Assembly (NCBI GenBank): GCA_031256055.1
Contig: JAIRRI010000199.1
Span: 5,272 to 69,271, forward strand
Length of the DNA stretch: 64,000 nucleotides
Reading direction: 5' to 3'
Source: Bacteroidales bacterium
Lineage (GTDB): Bacteria; Bacteroidota; Bacteroidia; Bacteroidales; P3
The notes under the pieces were generated by a model, which was not told the origin of the DNA, made no database searches, and was given only the letters and a program-made list of their open reading frames with translations. Of this stretch, positions 30,601-39,400 are shown piece after piece. A program made the translations under genes and the position numbers. Within the stretch, counting starts at the first letter, position 1. The number at the start of each line of letters is the position of its first letter.

Positions 30601-32765
30601 TTCAAACTGACCCAATCGGGCACAATGGAGCTTGTGAGAATTCGGCGCTGACGGCTTGGATAACAAGCATGTCCGCTGCTAATCCGCCTATGTCGTCAAA
30701 TACGTGGATTTGGTGGCAATGCGAGGATTGTCCCGATCAGCAATTGCAAACCATAGATGGAACATCGATATATGACAATAGGTTAAAGTTCATCGTGCCA
30801 AAAGGCAATCCACAAGACAGTATTACGCTTTCGGTTCGCTTTTATGATACAGCCCGTACTTGCGGATGGTCTATGCCGACTATACTTTCTGTACCTATTC
30901 AAAATCAACCTGCCATGCCTGAACTTGTGCAAAACCCATGGCCCTGTATGTATGTTGATCCTTTCGGAATGAGTCTTAAGTTCGACCGTTGGACGGATAT
31001 TTTTACATGGAATACGGTTGGTTATGCTCCTGCGTACAACATAGAAACCACTGAATTCGCAAGTAGTTTGGGACGTTTCATAAATGACTCAATCTACTTC
31101 CCAAATATAGGCGTAGACCCGTTCAGACTGACTGTTACGGCTTCCAATGCTTGCGGATCCAGACGAGATACATTTACGATTACGCCTGCCGATTCCATCC
31201 AGCCTTTACTCTATACGACGTTAGATGATTTTATTGCCGATATGCGCTTCTGTTTTAACAATATTGTGACAGGTAAGTTGAAAGTAGACCCTCAGTATGT
31301 TAACACCTTGCCGACGTTTGTATGGACATTCCCCGAGGATTGGATCATTGTCGATAACTTTATTGACAAGACTGACACAACGAATGTGGTGAGTTTTATC
31401 CCTGGTAGAGACAAAGGAACTATCAGCGTTTGGGCAAATTCCGGAACAGGTTGCGGAGTTACCAATACGATATATTCGCCCGAAGTGGAATCTGCGATCG
31501 TCCTGCGTAACGTCTTTCAATCGACAGATACAACGGTGTACAAAGATACAACGGTTTTCTTTTACATCAACTCTGTTGAATCCATCGGACAGGCAGCACC
31601 TCTTGATCTAAGCCACGCAATTGATTGGATACCTATAGGTCAATCTTGGTCGGAAAACCGATTCAACCTGTCGGAGAATGGTGATACGGCTCATTTAAGG
31701 ATTGCTTATGTGCCCATCGAAACCTTTGTGGTTCAAGTTACGGAAGTAAGTGACGATCTCATTGGACAAGCCTGTATAACAAGAGATACCATCTATTTGG
31801 TTGTTGAAGGGTCTTACAGTTTTGATGTGATACGCAGGGATTCGGTATGTTCAAATTCGGAATTCGAAATGGCGATTGAGCACAAGGGCGGAGAAGTAGG
31901 AAAATACCGACAAGAATGGTACACATTTAATCCTGCTAACGGTCGACATGAACTAATTGGCACCAGTCCTACAGTTCCGGATATCATATTCCGCAACCAA
32001 GAAATAAAATACTATTTTGTTACAGGATTTAATAATTTGCAAGTCAATCCCGAAGGAACAGAATTCGAGTGGATTTCCATTACCGATACATTTTGGATTA
32101 AAGCCATACCGCCGCTTACGGCAACCTTAACAAATGTTGATGTGATTAAAATAGTCAACGGTTGGCAAGAGCAAATTGTACGTGCACTCAACACCGAACA
32201 CGATTCCGTATGGTTAGGCGAGAAACTGCGTTTTGAAGCCGAAGTGACAGACGGAGGGTATCGTCCGAGCGATTATTCCTATTTTATTGACTGGGAAACT
32301 GAAGCCTTCTCACCGACTATATTCCCACGCTCCGATAATTCTCTTATTGCCTTTTCGGATTTGATTTTCAATTCTCAAATTTTCAAGATTGTTGTTTACG
32401 ATCCTAACGCAGATGCCTGTGAAACCAGAGATAGCGTCTTTATAGATATTCGTGTATTGGCAGGAAGTTCAAAAGATTTTGGACCTGTTCCGGGAGCCTT
32501 CACGCCTGTCAGCGGAGGTGTCAATAAAACGTTCATGGTAGGCGTTGATGAAATCACGATTCTCAACCGCTGGGGAGGTATCGTTTACGAAGCCAAGCGC
32601 ACACCTAATCGACAAGGAAAAACAGGTCAAGACGGATGGGACGGTCGCGACCAAAGAACGAACAGAATGGTTGACGGTGGTGATTACTTCTACATTATTT
32701 CCATTTGCAACGATGATAACTGTAATACTAAATCTACGAAAACAGGTGTAGTCTCTGTATTCTAA
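24672..32765 (+). CDS. giant (2697 aa) cell-surface protein with T9SS type B (gliding-motility-associated, CHU_C-type) C-terminal sorting domain
   Basis: It has an N-terminal signal peptide. The last ~90 aa (GAFTPVSGGVNKTF...ILNRWGGIVYE...GWDGRD...GGDYFYII...GVVSVF) fit the type B CTD pattern. The protein is Cys-rich, and I see no obvious internal tandem repeats by eye. Confidence 0.8.
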   Translation: MKMQFVRRFFSALWRSKALRVGYLTLGLLLVGSVGLAQTMNYNILTSGGPLLSSPTFINNQFCLNKTGTDQHTVQIAIERPNDPAFINWTINNANWSVPAQFSPPSTTLLPIEVNGIFYDRLNLILTFNPDIRDVEIGGTFTATWQGGQTTHIATTSFYMLPPTSMVDTIIIVPLPICQDSTIIFIARNYSDDKANLPYGELTYEWKVENINNPITSYVTSQSGTITESSITVSNYQPEYTKVTVQRAFCNIDNLNTLKRERNVDRGIEFNANPPLDTTNSNMYGRRQDQIHRMIWWNDDPGIPNTSKEAFGDWKMTSMNIPVCVNYLNMGGTYGRLQSVSNNLVNNGFAATVLEGDQGPEQAQVAQGFLFFQVGDAPDTSVSYVWIYDTALVERMYVGAGTSWGATDPGVSPRRWASPDPKIRPGGGGGFGDIVFGDTNTFRAIFRIKAHSPERRAELAARYQGDGIEIKVAAIGRNCSDPTTPSGFYQNDTISTGNIGVAWDTTKPMNNFTITKMTTNNFLAEDVWNSSCLETVAYFAINRSSTQTLWDLQSLKDSFNISRFDGGATSGISGYPRFSDSTSTQAGPPLVVRSFVQVSDPTYAIQEQTTTYYKYVVGANQCFHRNVSAISIQGQFASPNDTSWARIHAFDVQKKPLRPQIFDISGSLPRPITPCIPDPENPDEYICGTRLIDTLFICWNPLFDNTGQPMGNPGEYYGVRYLLANDNDSLSSSGSVFNQFGSTRSLISPIGFEFFHGWTTPVDNGSVFGRPRFMGARFHADMTNGPINVRRSEVEIYAQNHNADPEGFLMFAAQGICGISEPVIVPYVLRDTFSERLPVRYTLTPTIDASWQSWDVMADQTFCEGGDIYFQVPGDKYRPLNHTVVCEHPNSWRSYPGTHTPDGEFLQFRVTVGKDIGRVSFHTVNQCGGNTGVYSPEVKPIEYFRLPKNKWEQFWDTVCQDEIVSYVLPFSKDSIINGGGVLGDFYIRFPNDWRILGYNSFGSLPVGPNFDTISQGNLWFFGNASPHINSLNYRVETGVRSGFVEVRWKVLGCDLQPEYYGLPRIRPAWWDSIPVITHIYPKAPDTTGGGWADTVCARTELQLSVKAVGVDTLHEVNNFYAWTLPKEWELLSANEFRQMPDGSFLPIGKTVTVLTAPTKQDVSDTIIVRAYSLCDEEHEPVGTLRWPVWVWDTVPIHNNMIFDIFLDPIGQVQRKPCEDSILGLFVNNLPANDVESVTWYWSTSGNINNPIWTSYNPAWAYDPAADTLFNYWTVYDFELGMEVSDTLKFFLQGGQPHENYKPLHLQVGVNNRCGASRLSMVLEPGQVIPNTAIPVFSAFKDTFCFGEEFVFAIDTSGVNSIFQNADHLIWTLTQNNGANTLFETTIYDSYEFRLRVTDTGVLSVTPRNNCSPDTRSTDSTILEVRRSTFAPSLADFAGWGREVWSSGNLLYVLDTVCTWENFSWKVVPNLNDSELTDFEKFEWMILDDDVTLNTTFFTTSSIANDSVRVALGAKPRNMWVGVAGVRTGCVDMFGNDVVGDTLKIQLVSVDTVQAPSDWRIRISDGSICSGDTRRLCHIYPLNATDNDLPFGYRWYWSANSDPTWQFVGDNTQECVDVVVGQTPGTLNVVSTTGKYCLQPLQNRVPKVTVIDPEPLPELDGITVGYDDVVSDTVCSLAELKIAAVPNFESRVHGYRFTLYQQTIDPRNFNVSPNFSILSDVIQTENTFTFPIEDWAYNKIIVEVRAIDSTTCERPQFSAPLRDTVTIINSPRIALIGDMSPCIDSTIVYTVKRSDPYVTFELDYTNKSETIIVTPTPPDMPDIIVVDFLQSTEPDRDSVQFIFSNIRGYCSDEDYPREDQIYTIYADTFPTINFEVFENRSLTCMDDTLIITVEKYTDYNVYFNYKFSTAAADTIRGWRMIYHSEIYDTVVLLAPIYRSGDSWIDTIRVSAVGSCGTSEAKVLLVPVERRTTYNNILIQTDPIGHNGACENSALTAWITSMSAANPPMSSNTWIWWQCEDCPDQQLQTIDGTSIYDNRLKFIVPKGNPQDSITLSVRFYDTARTCGWSMPTILSVPIQNQPAMPELVQNPWPCMYVDPFGMSLKFDRWTDIFTWNTVGYAPAYNIETTEFASSLGRFINDSIYFPNIGVDPFRLTVTASNACGSRRDTFTITPADSIQPLLYTTLDDFIADMRFCFNNIVTGKLKVDPQYVNTLPTFVWTFPEDWIIVDNFIDKTDTTNVVSFIPGRDKGTISVWANSGTGCGVTNTIYSPEVESAIVLRNVFQSTDTTVYKDTTVFFYINSVESIGQAAPLDLSHAIDWIPIGQSWSENRFNLSENGDTAHLRIAYVPIETFVVQVTEVSDDLIGQACITRDTIYLVVEGSYSFDVIRRDSVCSNSEFEMAIEHKGGEVGKYRQEWYTFNPANGRHELIGTSPTVPDIIFRNQEIKYYFVTGFNNLQVNPEGTEFEWISITDTFWIKAIPPLTATLTNVDVIKIVNGWQEQIVRALNTEHDSVWLGEKLRFEAEVTDGGYRPSDYSYFIDWETEAFSPTIFPRSDNSLIAFSDLIFNSQIFKIVVYDPNADACETRDSVFIDIRVLAGSSKDFGPVPGAFTPVSGGVNKTFMVGVDEITILNRWGGIVYEAKRTPNRQGKTGQDGWDGRDQRTNRMVDGGDYFYIISICNDDNCNTKSTKTGVVSVF

Positions 32766-32776
32766 CACTAATAACC

Positions 32777-33775
32777 ATGAAACACATTCGATTCTATATT
32801 TTTGCTTTAGCCTTGTTTCTCGGTGTTTTTGCACGAGGACAACAGGATATTCAAATGAGTCAACAACTATTTTCGAGACTCAATAATAATCCTGCAGCAA
32901 CGGGACTTTCTAATTATGCTAACGCTTATCTGGTCGCTCGTCAACAATGGGCAGGTTTTGAAGGCGCTCCGCAAACCATCGTGTTCAATGCCAACACGTA
33001 TTTGGAGCAAATCCGTGCCGGTGTCGGGTTTTCCGCCCTCGGAGATAAAGTGGGGAACAATAACCTTTTCAACGTGAAAGCGGCTTATGCTTACCATGTC
33101 AGAATCGGTACTGAGCACTATCTCTCTTTGGGTATCGGTGCGGGCTTCATACATCGAAAATTCGGAGGTACAACGGTTAATGAACCGGAAATTGATCCCG
33201 ATATCATCCAAATGCTTATGGGACAATCCAGATGGAAAGCAGACGTGGATTTGGGTGTAACCTATTCAACACCCAAACTCATTGTCGGGCTTTCGGCAAC
33301 TCATGTTTCACGTTTCCTCTATACGAACGACAGAAATAGTCCGTTCGATTGGTTCAACCTTCCGATGAATGCTTATGGATTTGCCGAATACGCATTTGAT
33401 CTTAACCAAAATGTTCGACTCACGCCAAGAGCTCAAGTTTCAACAGTGTTTTCAACTCACAGAAACACGCACGGAAACGATACGCTCTCCATTATGGATA
33501 AAATCGACTGGTTTTACGAATTTGGAGCGCTTGTTGAATTCAAAAACAAGTTTTGGATTGGAGCAACCTTTCGAAACGATGAGGCTATTATTGCCATGCT
33601 CGGCATCCATTTAGGTCCAAACCTTCGAATTGGATATGCCTATGATTACAAGTATTTCGGAAAAACATTTGCAAACCGAAGAAGTTTCGGCTCACACGAA
33701 ATCATGGTTAACTATCGTGTCCGAATTTTCGGCAACGACGATAATGTTAATTTTGCTCCGAGGTTTTTTGATTAA
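32777..33775 (+). CDS. PorP/SprF family T9SS membrane protein
   Basis: 332 aa. It opens with a signal peptide and then QQDIQMSQQLFSRLNNNPAATG...RQQWAGFEGAPQT, the PorP/SprF signature. It lies 12 nt downstream of the type B cargo gene. Confidence 0.85.
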   Translation: MKHIRFYIFALALFLGVFARGQQDIQMSQQLFSRLNNNPAATGLSNYANAYLVARQQWAGFEGAPQTIVFNANTYLEQIRAGVGFSALGDKVGNNNLFNVKAAYAYHVRIGTEHYLSLGIGAGFIHRKFGGTTVNEPEIDPDIIQMLMGQSRWKADVDLGVTYSTPKLIVGLSATHVSRFLYTNDRNSPFDWFNLPMNAYGFAEYAFDLNQNVRLTPRAQVSTVFSTHRNTHGNDTLSIMDKIDWFYEFGALVEFKNKFWIGATFRNDEAIIAMLGIHLGPNLRIGYAYDYKYFGKTFANRRSFGSHEIMVNYRVRIFGNDDNVNFAPRFFD

Positions 33776-33834
33776 GCCTGTAATAATAACCTTTTTTGGA
33801 CAGTTTTTTGTTTGATTTAGGTTGTTTTTTTGCT

Positions 33835-34545
33835 TTACGATTCCAAATATTTTCGAACACCTTCAAATGAAAGTTCGGAGAGATTTAGTTCCGTGAAAGT
33901 TTCCCCAATGGTATCTAAAACATGCGCATCGGAACTTTGAATAAATTTGAATTTTTTCAGATACGCAAAGCGTTTGATGAATTTTTCTGGTGTATTGAAT
34001 TTGCTGAGTTCCATGCCGTCGGCTTTGATATCGGGAGGAACGAAACCCAATTGACTCATTAAACTTGTAGAAGGCTTATCAATATGCGCAGGAATAAAAA
34101 TTCCGCCCAAGCGGTGAATTTCATCATACAAATCGTCCAAACCAACGTCTAATGCAGAAATCAGTAAACGCGGTTCTTCATACACAATTTCTTCATTTTC
34201 ATCAACCACTACTTGAAACCCGAATTTGTCGGGATCGTTCGAAATATCGGGCAAATGTGCATCTAAAAACTTTTGAAACTCGTTCAACGTTTCATCATCT
34301 TTAAAAAATGCTAAACCATGCGCCTCTTCTTTACTCGTGACTTCACAACCGCATAACACCAATAATCCATGCTTTTCACCGATTTTTTTCACCAACGGCG
34401 CTTGTCGCGTGGAATTATGATCGGTAATGCCAATAATCTGCAAACCTCGCGAAAGCGCTGTATCCACAATATTTTGCGGGCTCATGCTCAAATCTCCGCA
34501 AGGCGAGAGGATGGTGTGGATATGCAAGTCTGCTTTGTACAACAT
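33835..34545 (-). CDS. PHP-domain phosphoesterase
   Basis: Motifs are DLHIHTILSPCGD, IGITDHN and a C-terminal SSDAH. I trimmed the start from the track's 34605 to the ATG at 34545, because the first 20 codons of the track ORF are encoded by an intergenic palindromic repeat. Confidence 0.8.
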   Translation of the reverse strand: MLYKADLHIHTILSPCGDLSMSPQNIVDTALSRGLQIIGITDHNSTRQAPLVKKIGEKHGLLVLCGCEVTSKEEAHGLAFFKDDETLNEFQKFLDAHLPDISNDPDKFGFQVVVDENEEIVYEEPRLLISALDVGLDDLYDEIHRLGGIFIPAHIDKPSTSLMSQLGFVPPDIKADGMELSKFNTPEKFIKRFAYLKKFKFIQSSDAHVLDTIGETFTELNLSELSFEGVRKYLES

Positions 34546-34586
34546 AAAGGTGCAAGATGGCTGGGTACGGGGTACGAGGGTGTGGC

Positions 34587-34626
34587 TTCGACTACGCTCA
34601 GCCACCGGTCGTTGAGCGTAGTCGAA
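34587..34626. repeat. palindromic repeat TTCGACTACGCTCA-N12-TGAGCGTAGTCGAA
   Basis: 14-bp arms read directly from the sequence. A near-identical copy lies at 44199-44249. Confidence 0.8.
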
Positions 34627-34641
34627 ACGACCTCATACCAC

Positions 34642-34974
34642 TTAAGAAATTACGGAATAAATTTTTCCTGTAATATCAAACGTCTGCTCATTTGTGCCGA
34701 GGATTGGAATCCCCTCCTCGTTGCTTTGTTTGATACAATCTTCATCGGGAGTGAATCCTTTTACCAAGATAATCGCGGCAAGTTCTTTGAGCGAAGCGAT
34801 AGCCATGATGTTTTTGTGCGTTTGCAGCGTAACCCAGACGTTGCCCATTTCGGCGTGTCCCATTACATCGCTGAGGAGGTCGGATACGTAGCCTCCGTCG
34901 ATGGTGTTGTCTAATCCGGCTTCACCGGAAAAAAGTTTGAGGTTTAGTTTTTCTTTTAGGTCTTTTACAGTCAT
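34642..34974 (-). CDS. DRTGG domain protein
   Basis: 110 aa with the motif YVSDLLSDVMGHA and a size typical of stand-alone DRTGG proteins. Confidence 0.75.
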   Translation of the reverse strand: MTVKDLKEKLNLKLFSGEAGLDNTIDGGYVSDLLSDVMGHAEMGNVWVTLQTHKNIMAIASLKELAAIILVKGFTPDEDCIKQSNEEGIPILGTNEQTFDITGKIYSVIS

Positions 34975-35001
34975 ATTTTTTAGTTTATAAAGTTTGCTTT
35001 T

Positions 35002-35087
35002 GAGTTAAAAACTAAGAGTTAAGAGCGGCTTTGCCTTATAGTTATGTTTTTTTCATAATGTAACTTTTAACTCTTAGTTCTTAACTC
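35002..35087. repeat. 24-bp-arm imperfect inverted repeat (22/24) between the HydA-like and DRTGG genes
   Basis: GAGTTAAAAACTAAGAGTTAAGAG (35002-35025) pairs with CTTTTAACTCTTAGTTCTTAACTC (35064-35087). Confidence 0.7.
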
Positions 35088-35092
35088 TTAAC

Positions 35093-36430
35093 TTATTTTT
35101 CTCCCCAGATTTTTCTGAATGTCTCCACCCGTTCTTTTGTGGTCATACTCCCTCGGCTTTCCATCGTGGTTTGAAGGAAAATGCAGTTCGTTAAAGTGGC
35201 TTCTACTTTGGCGATATCTTCGGCTAAAGCTTGACACGACGGCGCTCCGCACGTTCCGCAATCCACGCCCGGCAAGTGACTCATCAAATCGCGAATCAAC
35301 GCCATTTTTTTCATGGCAATGTTGCGATTTTCATCCAAACACATCATCGAACGCGGTAAAACTTTTTCTACGCCCATATTAGTGCGCATATAATCGGCAA
35401 TATCGGTGTCGATTTCAAAACGATTGTCAGAAGTTTCAGTTTTTTGAATGTCTTCCGCACGTTTTTTCATGCGTTCAACCGTCAAAAATCGGTTTCCCGT
35501 GAGGAGAATACCGCCCGCACAACTTTCATCGCAAGCCCTTAATTCCAAATAATCCACATCGGGAAGTTCGTCGTTTTCGACCTTTTCCAAAAATTCGCTG
35601 ATGTTATGAACGCCGTCAATTGCCAAGGCTCTGCCTAACATGTTTTTTTTCTCACCTTCCGTTGTACTCCAAAGCGAAGCACGTGATGAAATCTTAGATA
35701 ATTCAACGTTTTCAGCATCTACACGATGTTCCTCCTTGATTTTTCTCAACACCCGATTATAGATGAAATCCATATTGATAACACCGGTTACTTGAGAATG
35801 CTCCTCGCCTACGGGTGCTTTCAACGCAGCAATTTTCGCCGCACAAGGCGTGATGTAGAACAAGCCGATTTTATCTTCCGAAACACCTTGTTTTTTCAAA
35901 GTTTGTCTCCAATACATGGCTGCCAAATCAACAGGCGGTTTCAACAGCACCAAATTTTCGGTCAATGATGGAAACTTAACTTGTATCAATCGCACAATAG
36001 CCGGACAAAACGAGGAAATCAGCGGTTTTATGTGAGCATGTTCAACAGCATAGTTTCGAATTTCCTCAATCAAAAAATCCGCCATTTGTTCGATTTCGAA
36101 AATATGCGTAAAACCGAGTTCTTTGATCACTTGGTAAATCAGAGGCGTAGGGATATCGTCTTTAAATTGATTGATCAAAACGGCGGGAACGAGAGCAATG
36201 CGATAATCGTAGTTAAAAATAGCGTTCAAGTCATCATGTTCAATGTATATCGCGCTATGCGGACAAGCATCGAAACATTCGCCGCAATCAATACAACAAT
36301 TCGCCGAAATTTTAGCTTTTCCGCTACGCATACGAATAGCCTGCGTGGGACATTTTTTCAAGCAGTGCATACAGCCTGTACAAATGTCCTCGTTGACTTT
36401 TAAAGCATGATGAAAAAATGATTTTGGCAT
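35093..36430 (-). CDS. [FeFe]-hydrogenase-like protein (2x[4Fe-4S] ferredoxin + Fe_hyd_lg_C-like + C-terminal 4-Cys FeS domain), probable sensory type
   Basis: 445 aa with two CxxCxxCxxxCP ferredoxin motifs at the N-terminus. The H-cluster-like motifs are SSFCPA (L1), ITPCAAK (L2) and ELRACDESCAGG (L3). The C-terminal motif is VDCGTCGAPSCQALAEDI. Confidence 0.75.
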   Translation of the reverse strand: MPKSFFHHALKVNEDICTGCMHCLKKCPTQAIRMRSGKAKISANCCIDCGECFDACPHSAIYIEHDDLNAIFNYDYRIALVPAVLINQFKDDIPTPLIYQVIKELGFTHIFEIEQMADFLIEEIRNYAVEHAHIKPLISSFCPAIVRLIQVKFPSLTENLVLLKPPVDLAAMYWRQTLKKQGVSEDKIGLFYITPCAAKIAALKAPVGEEHSQVTGVINMDFIYNRVLRKIKEEHRVDAENVELSKISSRASLWSTTEGEKKNMLGRALAIDGVHNISEFLEKVENDELPDVDYLELRACDESCAGGILLTGNRFLTVERMKKRAEDIQKTETSDNRFEIDTDIADYMRTNMGVEKVLPRSMMCLDENRNIAMKKMALIRDLMSHLPGVDCGTCGAPSCQALAEDIAKVEATLTNCIFLQTTMESRGSMTTKERVETFRKIWGEK

Positions 36431-36470
36431 AATTTTTGGTATTAAAAATGGTTCAAGATTACTTTGATGA

Positions 36471-39400
36471 TTATCGTACTACAATAATCTGCTCCCTTAC
36501 TAATTCTCCTGCGCCTTCTACGTGCAGGTAGTAGGTGCCCGGAGGTAACGAATACGTGTTAAATTTTATAGGACGGGGTTTGCCATCGCGATGGCGATGT
36601 CTGAAACGGGTTTGTCTTGGAACATTACCAAGATTATCAAAAAGTTTGACGGTATATTCTTCCGGCTCGTCGGTATCGGGGAGTTGGTCGAACTCAATAG
36701 TAATTTCATCGGTTGTAGGATTGGGTGAATAGGTAATTTTGAGACACGGTGGACAGGGTACCGGCTCTCCTATGCCAAGACAGTGGAAACCGGGCCTATA
36801 CTCTATCACTTTCCAGTCACTCCAACCACAGGTATTTTGCAAACGAGCCTCAATGCGGGCTAATCCACTGTTAAACTGACTTGCCAGCAATTGACAACTG
36901 GTTATTCCAAGATACGTGGGCGCAGAGTAATTGCGAAACAAAACTTCAGTGGTTTTTTTCCATTCACCTTGCGAAATTCCATTTAGCACATTTGCTCCAT
37001 TCGGGATAATGCCGTTATAAGTGAGTGTATCCAAGAAAAAACATTCCGGTCGTCCCCAAGTTACTGTATCTTCGTGGCGGCGACTGCCTATGAGATTGGC
37101 ATCAGGGGTATAACCAACAAGTATTTCTTTTTCAAAAACAGTTGGACACCTGTCGTTGAATGTAACAATTGCTCTTAACCTTGTCGGCCCACAATAATTG
37201 CTACTTGCATCAAATTGGACACAAATTGGATTTTGATTGAGAGACGGACTGCAGCTCGCCAAACCGCTTCCGACTTGCCACGATACTGTTGCACCGGAAG
37301 GCAAATTTAAAACTTCGTATTGAGTTTGAGATACAATACCTCCGGGTACACTTACCATTTCATCAGGTCCGAAAATAAATCCGGTAGTCCAATCACAGGC
37401 TTTAATAGGGATAGATATATCAATTCCATTGGTCATTGTTGCTGTGAGGTTTCCGCTTTGTCCTCTTGGACAAGCAATAACTGTTGCCGAGTAAGCATCA
37501 GAATGAGCAATAGTGAAAGCACCGGTAGACCCTGCATACCAAGAAGAAACTAAATTATCACTGTTACCTAACCAATAAGTAGCAGCAGCACAAATGACTT
37601 CAGGCCCGTCTATACCCCCAATCAAATGCCTTTGAAGGAACCGTGCAGACGAATTGAAACGTGTATGCAATTCATTTGTGCTTGGCACAAATCTAGAATG
37701 AAACGAAGGTGAGTTTACATTTGTTAACGGGTGCATTAACCACGTTTCCCAATTGGACAAAGCAAGAGCACTTACGGTGGGAACAAAACAAAAATCAGGA
37801 ACACTAATATTAACATTTATACCAAAAGGTTTAAATATAAACTCAATAGGTTTTACCCCCATGGCCTCCATAGAATATAATCCTCCCGGGGCACCATCAA
37901 CTGCATACATGCTTGAAGTGCTAGTTATCTTCCTATTTTCGAGATCGATGTTAATGGGGAGCAAAAAGAACAGCTTCCTGCGAACATATATTCTACCGTG
38001 ATATATTGTTGAAGCACTTAGGTTTTTTAAGGCATTTATTTCAATATCTACTTTTAAGTGATTAGACCCTATCCCGAAGTTCAAAAATAATAATTGTGGA
38101 TAGTTTGTTAAAATAGACAATGAAGCCCATGTCGAGGAAGTGAGACTTAGCAGCACATTGACCCAACCATTAGACTCACTTTGTTTAACTAAGTGACTCC
38201 CAGGAGGTATAGATTGAGTACCCCTATTGCTACCGTTGGAAATAGCTATATTCTCTGTCTGTTCCGGAAAGCCAAGCAGATCAAGTTCTTGCTTGAACAC
38301 ATCACCAACCGGATTATCAAAATTGTATCCTTTATCAATGGTATAAATAAGCATTTGTTTTGCTGCAGGGCTGTTTAGCAAAGCAATAGCCCCTGCTATA
38401 TCTTTTATATCTCTTATAGTATTGGGACTTCCGCCAAGAGAAGTAAACACATTTTTTATAAACGGTGCAAGCCATTCTATATTTTCCAAATGCCTTACCA
38501 GCGCTTGAACGCCCAACGGCACGTTAGCCCCCTTGTGCGGACTGTCCATTGAAATATAGGTTTTGGTTTCATGATCTACATTGTCATTTTCCATTTGCCG
38601 CAAAGCAATGCGAGCCACCAAGCCACCCATGCTGACGCCCATGACTACATTTGGCTCCGCATCTTTGGCCTTGTTTGCATTCACCCATTCAATCACTTCT
38701 CTGAACAATTTTGCATTGCGCCAAATGCAATCTACGCCATCAAAGTAATCCAAATAAATGATGTCGTATCCGGCGAGGTCGAGGTCGTCAAGGAGATTGC
38801 CTGTCCCGTTGTGATAAGGGACATTGATTGTTCCTAAATGGGTAACCACTGTATCATAAGTACCATCATCGTATTCGTAGATAGTAGTGTCGCTCATAAA
38901 ATCTCTAAGAGTCACATTAGTCCACCTTTTATCCTCTCCGTGTATTATACGCCAAGCATCAAACCCTTCTGCAACAATCAATGGTTTTCTAATAATTTCT
39001 GCTCCTACATTGTCTGAATTATAACTAATTTGTATTTCTCCGCCGGAATGTTCAGCTGTTGAATCTATCGGTACTCTCATATCTATCCTTCTGTTGCCAA
39101 GTGATTTCGAGTTATTCCTTATTCCCAGTCCTACAAAGATATTAGTTTGACCTGTATAAGAGGTTCCATCCGTATAGGTTAGTCGGAAGTAAATTGTTTT
39201 TACTCCATCACTTTTAAACGTGTAATCAATCGGCTCGTCCCAGTTGGTTTTAATATAGCCCGATTCGTTATTGAAATTGATTTCTAAGTTTTCGATCGTG
39301 TTTTTCACATTTTCAAACCAAAGATCGGAATCAAAAACAAAACTTACCGTTTCATCCCCAAATATCACGCCTTTCGGTGCTACAGCAAACAAATGCTTGG

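Noticed and set aside
34546-34605. The N-terminal 20 codons of the track's PHP ORF, and likewise the first 22 codons of the ORF starting at 62697.
   Set aside because: They are encoded by intergenic palindromic repeats. The conserved protein starts at the next ATG.
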